DNA from: Eledone cirrhosa
Lineage: Eukaryota
NCBI GenBank assembly: GCA_964016885.1
Contig: OZ024758.1
Span: 24,118,001-24,182,000, forward strand
Direction of reading: 5' to 3'
DNA length: 64,000 nucleotides
Shown: positions 50,842-64,000 of the stretch, piece after piece
How positions within the stretch are numbered: position 1 is the stretch's first letter
Layout: every line of letters begins with the position of its first letter
Translations under genes and position numbers: made by a program
Notes under the pieces: generated by a model
The model's database searches: none
Told to the model about the DNA's origin: nothing
The model's input: the letters and a program-made list of their open reading frames with translations, nothing else

Positions 50842-51307
50842 GGGTATCAAAAAATAAATATGGTATTTATAGGTCTCTACAAGTGGTAGGAGGGGGTGGG
50901 GAGTGGGATGGGTGCAGGTCGTTGGTTGATAGAAAAGGGAATTCATTAAAAGCTAATTCTACAAAGCTATAGTTTATTTTTATTTTTATTTATTTATGTT
51001 TTTAGAGTAACAAGGGCAGACAGAATTCTATAAACAGGTTCCGGATGGCATACCATTCCTTGTCAGTAAGTTTCTCTTAAGCTAACAGATGTCTATAAAG
51101 TCAGTGGGGGGTCAGTCATGGTCGATAGAATTAAAGAAAAGGGAGATTCTTTAAAAGCTAAAGTCATATATATATATGCAAAAGTTCTATTTAAATTGTT
51201 GGGATACAACAAGCAAATATTTTTATAACTGATATAAAGCACTCGACAAGTATTTGGAGTAGATATACGATATTAACAAATGGAAACTATATTTATAAAA
51301 CCATATT

Positions 51308-51372
51308 TATTTCATTATACATATTTCAAGGATACCATGTTAAATTATGGTATGCTTTCATCAGACAAAATA
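51308..51372 (-). ncRNA. Type I hammerhead, left arm of inverted pair 51268-51582
   Basis: tattttgt-CTGATGA-aagCataccat..atggtatCctt-GAAA-tatgta-TA/atgaaata. Confidence 0.85.
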
Positions 51373-51477
51373 CAATATATACCAGTTTTATAAATAAATA
51401 TTGACATGTCTTCCAAAAGTAACGGTTGCATTTTGAAAGGGTACGTCAATGTTTATTTATAAAACTGGTATATATTG

Positions 51478-51542
51478 TATTTTGTCTGATGAAGGCACAC
51501 CATAATTTAACATGGTATCCTTGAAATATGTATAATGAAATA
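51478..51542 (+). ncRNA. Type I hammerhead, right arm of inverted pair
   Basis: tattttgt-CTGATGA-aggCacaccat..atggtatCctt-GAAA-tatgta-TA/atgaaata. Confidence 0.83.
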
Positions 51543-51581
51543 AATATTTTTTTATAAATATAGTTTCCATTTGTTAATATC

Positions 51582-51617
<36 letters not shown>

Positions 51618-51779
51618 AAAGACTGAAGACTAACATGGGTGGGCTGTACAAAAAGGGTTTTATTTACAGTATTAACAATTGTTTCATTGATCAGGTGAGT
51701 CTAAAGGTCGCTAATCACTCGAAATTGCGTCACTTGACCTTAAATACAGTGCGTGTCTGATCAAATCATCGGAATACTG

Positions 51780-51811
<32 letters not shown>

Positions 51812-51981
51812 ATAGGAAAATGTTCAGGACCCCGATAGCAGAGCTCAAGCCATTTCGACGGCTATTTCTGGCGTCCAGAAATAGCCGTCGAAACGGCTTC
51901 AGCTCTGCCGTCGGGGTCGTGAACCTTTTCCTATTGCCCACTCTACTACCCAAAGTATCGAGTACTCTGGTTCCTTACCAC

Positions 51982-52160
51982 TGGCAGTATCGGTAGAGGG
52001 TCGGATGCCATGCTTTGAAGCATAGAGTTACCTCCCTGTATGATCTGAGTTCAAATCCCGCCGAGGTTAACTTTACCTTTCATCCTTCCGGGGTCGATAG
52101 AATAAAGTACCAGTAATGCACTGGGTAATTGCTGGCCTTGTGCATAAACAGAAACAATTA
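51982..52160 (+). mobile_element. SINE family 1
   Basis: Consensus match. Confidence 0.88.
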
Positions 52161-52907
52161 TGTATAGATAGATAGACAGAGATTTTATGTGTACACACAA
52201 ATACATACCAACGTGTGTGTATATGCAAGCGTGTGTGAATATGTTTCTTCATCAAAAGGCTTAAGTGTCGTGCCTACTTCTTTGACAAAACGGATGAAAG
52301 GATAACACAATTAAATATGGATTTAAGTTCAATAAAAACAAAATCCCTGCCGGTAAAGCAATTCGACATGTTCTTTGAAGATCTCTTCTCACTAATTAGA
52401 AATATATAATTTGGAAACGTGAATATTTCCAAAGAACTCTAAAAGGGGACATAATAGACACGAGGAATTGCAAACATACCTACATCTAAAGAGAAAAATC
52501 CAAGAACCTAATGCTGATAAATATGTTAACTACAACAAATTCCCTAATGTCTAGACACACGATCATAAGAGCATGGGTTCAATTCATGGCCCCGGCACCA
52601 TGTTGTTTTCTTAAGAAAAACATACTTTAATTCCCATTACTTCTTCTCCTAGGAGTTGCGATCCGCTGATAATAACAGCAATACAAACGTGCCTTTGGTT
52701 CATTTTGATAATCGGTGTCTTTCTTTTATTTTTCTTTATTAAATGCTATATAGAGACCGTATTTCTACTCTCAGGGCATTAAATAAAGACTATAGTAGAA
52801 GCCTGAATTCTGTGTCATGTGGCTACAAATCAAATTCCTTAATCACTCACCAATGTCTAGTCCCCGATAAGCGTTAATCTAACTCTTAAACTAGTGTAAC
52901 AGAAAAC

Positions 52908-52956
<49 letters not shown>

Positions 52957-53413
52957 TGAGAAAAACGTGCTGCGGGCTGCTAATGGGTTACATATGAATA
53001 AAGTTAGTCCATCTTCCAACCATCATTGGTATTTCATCGCTTTAAAGACCATATACCTCAGGTTGGTGCGAGCAACGGCTAAAAAAAGTCGTTGGGACAC
53101 GTAATTAAAGGGGACACGAGTGTAAACAAACAAAATGGTGAAGCAACAGAAAGTGAGGAAGAAGGAGTCAAGTCCAAATTTCTATGAATTTAAATTCGGT
53201 GAAATCGTGAACGAGAAAGAATAAAGACCATCAAACCTGGTTGGAATGTAAGCAAGGAAGGAATTCCGTACAGGTCTAACGGGAGGAAGAAGGGATCTAG
53301 TCTGTGATTTCGGTGAACCTAAGTTCTGAGAAATCGTAGACGAGAGAGAGAGAAAAAAAGCGACCTGCCAGACCAAGGGTGCGAAAGAAAAGAATTACGC
53401 ACAGGTCAAACGG

Positions 53414-53463
<50 letters not shown>

Positions 53464-53866
53464 TTATTTATTTATACAAATAAAATACAGAGTTACTAAC
53501 TCATATTGATACCTTGTAATTAACAAGCTCAAAGTATACATACTGAGCATTATATAATAATATATGTAGAAATAAACACAGTAAATCGTGTGTCTAAAAT
53601 TACGAGGGTTGAAATACCACATTGGTTTGATAAATTTAACCTGAAGCAAACGAAAGATATAGAATATACATACAGGTCGTCTCAATAACTATTTTATCTC
53701 TCTGACAGATTAGAGATTTGTTTCACCCTGAAAATTGTGTTTGTAACAGATAATCCGTAGGCTTTCCTCAGAGAGAAATAAGATCAAATGGAACAGCCTC
53801 ATACGATTAAAAGCAACATGAATGAATATCCCACCTCGTGCGCTTTAATACTCGTGTGTATGTATA

Positions 53867-53939
<73 letters not shown>

Positions 53940-53940
<1 letters not shown>

Positions 53941-54260
53941 ATTGTTTCTACTTTTGGCACAAGACCAGCAATTATCTCAGTGTATTACTGGTACTTTATT
54001 TTATCGACCCCGTAAGGATGAAAGGAAAAATTAACACTGGCGAGGGTTTGAACTCAGACCACAAAGGGCCGTAACTCTTGCTGCAAATCATGGCGTCCGG
54101 CCCTCAACCGATACTGCTAATCCACCGATATAATGATAATAATAATTGTTTCTACTTTTGGCACAAGGCCAGCAATTATCCCAGTGCATTACTGGTACTT
54201 TATTTTATCGACCCCGTAAGGATGAAAGGCAAAGTTAACCTCGGCTGGATTTAAACTCAG
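53940..54260 (-). mobile_element. Two SINE family 1 copies
   Basis: Consensus match on the minus strand. Confidence 0.88.
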
Positions 54261-54459
54261 CCTTCATTACGTTTATTGGTTGGTGACGCGCGTTTCGCTA
54301 TTGATCAGCTCAAGGTTTGATCTGTATCGATTTGGCCCGACTCTGCAATCAAAAGCTCGTCGAAGCCCTCGTAGCAGTGGCAGAATGAATATACATGGTG
54401 AACCTACAGTAACTTCGCGTTACACGGTGTGTGTGCGTGCGCGAATGCGTATATATATA

Positions 54460-54866
54460 TATATATAATATAAAGCTGAGCGTCTTGTATATGTATTATG
54501 TATGTATCCTACACACCTCCCTATAGTTTCTTAGCTTTGCTCTCTCCGCGGCTCTTCCCTCTCTCTATAATAGATCATTACCCCTCTCTATAATTTAACT
54601 GCTTTACTCTCTTTGTCGCTCTTCACTCCGTCGCTCTTCCCTCTCTCTATAATCATACACACATCTACAGAGAGAGACAGAAAAACAGAGGGAGGGGAAA
54701 AGAGAGATAGGCCGTTAGACAGAGAGTTACAATTAAAGTGTTAGCTATTCAGAGAGAGAGAGTCGGAAGGACAATGTGACGCGGGATGGTGTGTGGTATC
54801 TTTGCAGTGGAGTGGTGGGGGCAGGTACACCTACCTATCCGGGTGCCAGCCGTACGGGCCAGCTAG
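54460..54866 (+). mobile_element. Probable non-autonomous Helitron
   Basis: TATATAATATAAAGCTGAG...TGTATGTATCC head, GC-rich hairpin-like 3' end followed by CTAG-T. Confidence 0.5.
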
Positions 54867-55084
54867 TATATATATATTGAAAAATGTGTGAGATCCTTGG
54901 TACAGTTAGGTATATTTGAAAAAAATGAAAAAAATGACTTCACTTGTAGTTTAACGGATCAACAGAACAGCCTGTTCGTGAAATAAAAATGCAAGTGACT
55001 GAGCATTCCACAGACGTGTACTCTTAACGTAGTTCTCGGGGAGATTCGGATTTCTTAATCTTTCAGATTTGAAGGGAAAGTATA

Positions 55085-55344
55085 CACTATACATACATAT
55101 ATATACGTATACATACACACATACATATATATATATACATACACACATACATATATATATATACATATATATATGTATACATACACACATACATATATAT
55201 ATATACATATATATATGTATACATACACACATACATATATATACATATATATATGTATACATACACACATACATATATATATATATATACATACGTACGT
55301 ACATATATACATATATACATACGCATATATATATATACATACGC

Positions 55345-55375
<31 letters not shown>

Positions 55376-55402
55376 CATATATATATACATATATACATAC
55401 GC

Positions 55403-55433
<31 letters not shown>

Positions 55434-55762
55434 CATATATACATACGCATATATATATATATACATATATAAAATATTAAACAAATAATGAATAAACAAT
55501 TCCTTATATTAAACAAAAAAAGTTCATTATTTAACGATCGTTTCTAGGATATATATGTGTGTTAGAGTTGGCATGCATATTCAACAGATCTATGTATAAA
55601 ATTATACAAAATTATACAAACTATCAAGATTAAATATACATACCAACACATATATATGTATGAATATGTATATGTGTATATATGTATATATGTATGAATA
55701 TGTATATGTGTATATATGTACGTACGTATGTATATATGTATATATATATATATGTATATATG

Positions 55763-55793
<31 letters not shown>

Positions 55794-55932
55794 GCGTATG
55801 TATATATGTATGTATATATATATGTATATATATATATATGCGTATGTATATATGTATGTATATATATATGTATATATATATATATGCGTATGTATATATG
55901 TATATATATATGTATATATGTATGTATATATG

Positions 55933-55963
<31 letters not shown>

Positions 55964-56146
55964 GCGTATGTATATATATATATATACATATATACATATA
56001 TATACATATATATATATACATATATACATACGCATATATATATATATACATATATATATACATATATACATATATATACATATATACATATATATACATA
56101 TATATATATACATATATACATACGCATATATATATATATACATATA

Positions 56147-56182
<36 letters not shown>

Positions 56183-56335
56183 TATATACATACGCATATA
56201 TATATATATACATATATATATACATACATATATACATACGCATATATATATATATACATATATATATACATACATATATACATACGCATATATATATATA
56301 TATACATATATATATACATACATATATACATACGC

Positions 56336-56368
<33 letters not shown>

Positions 56369-56801
56369 CATATATACATACGTACGTACATATATACATA
56401 TATACACATATACATATTCATACATATATATATATATATGCATACATATATATATATATATACATATATATACATATATACATATATATATACATATGCA
56501 TACACATATATATATATATATACATATGCATACACATATATATATATACATATGCATACACACATATATATATACATATGCATACACATATATATATATA
56601 CATATGCATACACATATATATATACATATTCATACACATATATATATATACATATTCATACACATATATATATATACATATTCATATATATATATATATA
56701 TATACATATTCATATATATATATATATATATATATACATATTCATATATATATATATATATACATATTCATATATATATATATATATATATATACATATT
56801 C

Positions 56802-56833
<32 letters not shown>

Positions 56834-56835
56834 TC

Positions 56836-56867
<32 letters not shown>

Positions 56868-57013
56868 TCATATATATATATATATACATATTCATATATA
56901 TATATATATATATATACATATTCATACACACACATATATATATATACATATTCATACACACATATATATATATATACATATTCATACACACATATATATA
57001 TATACATATGCAT

Positions 57014-57056
<43 letters not shown>

Positions 57057-57349
57057 TACACATATATATATATATATGCATACATATATATATATATATA
57101 TGCATACATATATATATATATATGCATACACATATATATATATATATATATATATGCATACACATATATATATATATATATATATATATGCATACACATA
57201 TATATATATATATATATATATATGCATACACATATATATATATATATATATATATGCATACACATATATATATATATATATATATATGCATACACATATA
57301 TATATATATATATATATGCATACACATATATATATATATATATATGCAT

Positions 57350-57381
<32 letters not shown>

Positions 57382-57385
57382 GCAT

Positions 57386-57422
<37 letters not shown>

Positions 57423-57547
57423 TACACATATATATATATATATATGCATACACATATATATATATATATATATATGCATACACACATATATATATATATA
57501 TATATATATGCATACACATATATATATATATATATATATATATGCAT

Positions 57548-57582
<35 letters not shown>

Positions 57583-57897
57583 TACACATATATATATATA
57601 TGCATATATATATATGCATACACATATATATATATATGCATACACATATATATATATATATGCATACACATATATATATATATATATATATATATGCATA
57701 CACATATATATATATATATATATATATATGCATACACATATATATATATATATATATATATATGCATACACATATATATATATATATATATGCATACACA
57801 TATATATATATATATATATACATACACATATATATATATATATATACATACACATATATATATATATATGCATACACATATATATATATATATGCAT

Positions 57898-57934
<37 letters not shown>

Positions 57935-57935
57935 T

Positions 57936-57972
<37 letters not shown>

Positions 57973-57973
57973 T

Positions 57974-58008
<35 letters not shown>

Positions 58009-58066
58009 TACACATATATATATATATATATATGCATACACATATATATATATATATATATATATG

Positions 58067-58097
<31 letters not shown>

Positions 58098-58185
58098 GCA
58101 TACACATATATATATATATATATATATATGCATACACATATATATATATATATGCATACACATATATATATATATATATATGCAT

Positions 58186-58224
<39 letters not shown>

Positions 58225-58225
58225 T

Positions 58226-58264
<39 letters not shown>

Positions 58265-58291
58265 TACACATATATATATATATATATATAT
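55085..58291. repeat. Compound (TA)n satellite with graded variant units (TACGCA, TTCA, TGCATACACA), interrupted at ~55470-55650 by a truncated long-stem hammerhead module
   Basis: Direct reading. 55490-55655 is the inverted homolog of ~12770-12960. Confidence 0.95.
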
Positions 58292-58375
58292 ACGTTATTC
58301 CGGGTTGAATCGGAGGTAACCACAGTAAGTAAGGTACTCAATACATAGCAGAGTATAACAGTTTTAATATAGATG

Positions 58376-58426
58376 AGATTCTACAGGACTAGAACTGTTT
58401 CATTCATTAGAAATCATCAGGAATCT
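58376..58426 (-). ncRNA. Type I hammerhead, left arm of palindrome 58376-58649
   Basis: Identical to 50791-50841. Confidence 0.78.
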
Positions 58427-58598
58427 GGGTATCAAAAAATAAATATGGTATTTATAGGTCTCTACATGTGGTAGGAGAGGGTGGGGAGTAGGATGGGTGC
58501 AGGTCATGTGTGTATGCATGACCTGCACCCATCCTACTCCCCACCCTCTCCTACCACTTGTAGAGACCTATAAATACCATATTTATTTTTTGATACCC

Positions 58599-58649
58599 AG
58601 ATTCCTGATGATTTCTAATGAATGAAACAGTTCTAGTCCTGTAGAATCT
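58599..58649 (+). ncRNA. Type I hammerhead, right arm of palindrome
   Basis: agattc-CTGATGA-tttctaatgaat-GAAA-cagttctagtcctg-TA/gaatct. Confidence 0.78.
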
Positions 58650-58652
58650 TAT

Positions 58653-60270
<1,618 letters not shown>

Positions 60271-60533
60271 AGCGAAGGAGTTGTGGTAAGGAACCAGATG
60301 GACCATAAGCACCAGAGTACTCAATACTTAGGGTAGTGGAGTGGGTAATAGAAAAAAGTATGACCCCGACGGGGTCATACTTTTTTCCTATAAATACATA
60401 TATGTATATAAATCCATATATATATCCATATATATATATACATATAAATACATATATCTATATAGACATATACATTTAAATACATATATACATGTATATA
60501 TACATACATATATATATACATACATATATACGT

Positions 60534-60750
60534 GGAGGCGCGTGGCTTAGTTGTTAGAGAACTGGATTCACAATCGTGAGGTTGTGAGTTCGATTCCTGG
60601 ACTAGGCGATGCGTTATGTCCTTGAGCAAGACACTTTATTTCACGTTGCTCCTTCTACCTGGAGTTGCGACCGATAGATAGTATTAGCAATTGGAAAGAC
60701 CAATGGAAACATTGTTTCCTCGGTCCGATTTGACGAAAGTTGATCGACTG
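60534..60750 (+). mobile_element. SINE family 2
   Basis: Near-identical to 32001-32213. Confidence 0.85.
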
Positions 60751-60918
60751 TCGATACATATATATACATATATACAAGTAATGTATTCTAAGATGAAGAT
60801 ACTTATATAAATGTGAAGATGTAATTTGCCAAGAACCTTCTTATATATCCTGCTATGTATTCTGTTATAAATCACTTGAAGTATAATCACATTACGTTTG
60901 TATTCACATTATAGTTTT

Positions 60919-61081
60919 TGGCGGTGGATTGGCAGTATCGGTAGAGGGTCGGACGCCATGCTTTCCAGCATAGTTACGTCCCTTTATGATCTGAGTTCAA
61001 ATCCCGCCGAGGGTCGATAAAATAAAGTACCAGTAATGCACTGGGTATTTGCTGGCCTTGTGCCTAAAGTAGAAACAATTA
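60919..61081 (+). mobile_element. SINE family 1 with internal deletion and target-site duplication
   Basis: attatagtttttggcgg is repeated on both sides. Confidence 0.88.
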
Positions 61082-61616
61082 TAGTTTTTGGCGGGCTTAA
61101 TTCCGATACTTTTTATAGCTTGTAGATATTTTAATGGTGTATTCATCTAATTTGCAACTACACTTCATTTGGTTCCTGAAGTATACTATATAGATATGTG
61201 TAGTTTGTGAGTTTTTACTGGGTGTTCTGTCTGTAGGTGAATTTGTGGTTCTGTTTGTTCTGCTCTATGGCCTACTCATCTATCCAGGAGTACGTTATCA
61301 ACCCTTAAATCTAGGAATGTATAATTAACCCTTATGAATGAATCTTGTCTTTAAAAAAGTATATTTATTTGTTGAAACATCCGAACTTATTCAGCCTTTA
61401 TATACAATACATGCATATATATATTGTATTTTATATAAATCTTGTATTTTATCTGAAATTTTGGTACCCTTGAAATATATATAATAAAATAAATATGGTT
61501 TTATAAATATAGTTTCTATTTATTAATATTGATATTATACTCCAAAAACCTGTAGAGTGCTCCGAATCTGTTATAAATAAATTTGTTGAATAACCAACAA
61601 ATTAAATATCTCTTTG

Positions 61617-61660
<44 letters not shown>

Positions 61661-61683
61661 AATTAATATAAATTAATATATGA

Positions 61684-61945
61684 TAAACACTAATACAAGT
61701 ATATAAGTGTTTGTATTACAAATGACCAACTTAGCTAGATTGAAAAATACTAATTAAATTAATACAGTTTGCCTGTCTCGATTTAAAATAATAAATCAAT
61801 AAAAACAAACCTATATTGGCAATTTTTATTGATTTATTATTTTAAATCGAGACAGGCAAACTGTATTAATTTAATTAGTATTTTTCAATCTAGCTAACTT
61901 GGTCATTTGTAATACAAACACTTATATACTTGTATTAGTGTTTAT
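61684..61945. repeat. ~125-bp-arm inverted repeat (family also at ~22480-22740)
   Basis: Arms are near-perfect reverse complements. Confidence 0.88.
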
Positions 61946-62033
61946 ATTAATTTGTATTTCACGGCTCAGAAATATCTCTTTCTTTGAGCTATTTAATTGT
62001 AAAAGACTGTTTGAGTTTATAACTCTATATATA

Positions 62034-62074
<41 letters not shown>

Positions 62075-62282
62075 ATATGGAAACGGCTTCTACAGGACCA
62101 GAACTGTTTCATTCGAAGTAAATTATCAGGAAAGTCATGTAGAAACCATTTCTATATTAAATATTTATACTCTGCCATGTATTGAGTACCTTACTGTGGT
62201 TACCCCCGGTTGAACCTGGGAATACACACATGTATACGTACAGCGGTAGTCCTAGAGAAAGAATAAAAAAAAAATTTTAAAA

Positions 62283-62321
<39 letters not shown>

Positions 62322-62360
62322 GATATTAATAAATGGACACTATATTTATAAAACCATATT

Positions 62361-62421
62361 TATTCTATTATATATATTTCAAGGGTACCAAAACTGTGGT
62401 ACGCTCTCATCAGATAAAATA
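62361..62421 (-). ncRNA. Type I hammerhead, left arm of inverted repeat 62319-62691
   Basis: tattttat-CTGATGA-gagCgtacca..tggtacCctt-GAAA-tatata-TA/atagaata. Confidence 0.87.
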
Positions 62422-62780
62422 CAAAGTTTGTTTTATAAATATTGACCTAAGTATTGACATATCCAGGAACGAGACCTTCACGGTTCAAGTATTACCTGGA
62501 TAGTTAGGTAAAACTTGAAACTATCCAGGTAAAACTTGAACCATTAAGGTCTCATTCCTGGATATGTCAATATTTATAAAAAAAACTTTGGTATGCGCTC
62601 ATCAGATAAAATACAAAGTTTTGGTACCCTTGAAATATATATAATAGAATAAATATGGTTTTATAAATATAGTGTCCATTTATTAATATCATTGATATTA
62701 TACTCCAGAAAACTTGTCGAGTGCTTTGAATCTGTTATAAATATATTTGTTGGATTACCACCAAATTAAATATCCCTTTG

Positions 62781-62828
<48 letters not shown>

Positions 62829-62976
62829 GTAATATTAGATATTACTCAGTTACAAGTATGAATATAGCTCGATGTAATATATCAAGTATAATACAGAGCT
62901 AGGACGAAACGGTCATTAGCTATTAAATGTTAGAAAGATTAAATACACTTTGATTATTATTTACATTGCGTGTGTA

Positions 62977-63033
<57 letters not shown>

Positions 63034-63780
63034 TTGGTGTTGGATGCTTAAATCGTCCGTATGCGGTAGGCCGTATGAGCACTCGATGCTCTCATAGAGC
63101 AGAGTATGATATCACAGAAAAAAATAGGAAAATCTGCTTCGTAGAATCGAGACGTGTCCGAGGACAGCGCGATGTCAGAGTCAGGTTTGATCACCACATC
63201 GATCGTGCCTCCAGCTGGTCGCCCGAGAAACAATTGGAATATGTCCAATAAATTCCTTTCGTCGCAACACTGATTTTCTTTTTTCTGTGATATATATATA
63301 TGTTTAACCGGCTGAGGTTGAAGGAACAGAATAGCGGTCGCCCTCGGGCCCTCGATTTTCAGCCCCATGGATTTTATCTATTACATTCACGTATTATATT
63401 TCGAATACCTGATGATATCACCGGATTCATACGGAACCCGGTCATTGAAATGATCATAGTATAATAAACCTTTCAAGGATTTACACAAATCCAGCCTCCT
63501 GTCATTTCATTATAATATTATATTTATATATATATATATATATATATATAGGAAATGAGTCAGGACCCCGACGGCTGAGCTCCGGCCGTTTCGACAGCTA
63601 GATCCGAACTAAGCCACCAATATCAGTATTACTGGTGGCTTAGTTCAGACCTAGCTGTCGAAACGGCCGGAGCTCAGCCGTCGAGGTCCTGACTTTTTTC
63701 CTATTATCCACTCTACTACCCCAAGTATTGAGTACTCTGGTGCGTTATGGTCCGCCTGGTATCTTACCACACTCTCTTTG

Positions 63781-63861
<81 letters not shown>

Positions 63862-63942
63862 AAAGGTAAACAGAAATAACACAATCGCTACAGTATATGG
63901 AAGGTATACATTAGGTTAACGCTTGATATAGCAGGAAGAGGG

Positions 63943-63978
63943 TCTTCACGTTTCGGACGCTAGTCCTTCATCAGAAGA
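63943..63978 (-). ncRNA. Minimal hammerhead with GUG triplet (copy of 47382)
   Basis: Sequence identical to 47382-47417. Confidence 0.7.
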
Positions 63979-64000
63979 AAGAATGAGAAATAAAATAGAT

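Noticed and set aside
63030-63270. Minus-strand DIALSSDT peptide resembling an RTE RT fragment
   Set aside because: Too short and degenerate to call confidently.
63400-63452. CTGATGA...GAAC-CCGG-TC motif
   Set aside because: Possibly a decayed hammerhead, but the GAAA box and stems are too degenerate to list as a feature.

Overview
Very AT-rich, repeat-saturated eukaryotic DNA. The SINE types and microsatellite load suggest an octopod cephalopod, but that is inference. I see no host protein-coding exon, and almost all ORF-track entries (poly-IY/YI) are microsatellite artefacts. Roughly a third of the window is (TA)n-derived satellite, with one 200-N scaffold gap. Real coding remnants are retroelements: an uninterrupted 5'-truncated CR1-group reverse transcriptase (15831-17403), a Penelope-like RT-thumb plus GIY-YIG fragment (26298-27189), several RTE 3' ends and a decayed CRE-like RLE fragment. 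There are also two tRNA-derived SINE families and three non-autonomous Helitrons. The main hidden signal is a dense population of type I hammerhead ribozyme motifs on both strands: about 19 with both core boxes, plus about 8 degenerate ones and several half-sites, in several sequence families. Most sit in short Penelope pLTR-like modules bounded by (TA)n and often form inverted repeats. Notable points are a C-C mismatch at stem II position 4 in 12 long-stem copies, a helix III palindrome expanded into a (TA)n microsatellite, palindromes built from ribozyme 3' halves, and a micro-inversion that flips a catalytic box. All folds were paired by eye and none is experimentally tested.
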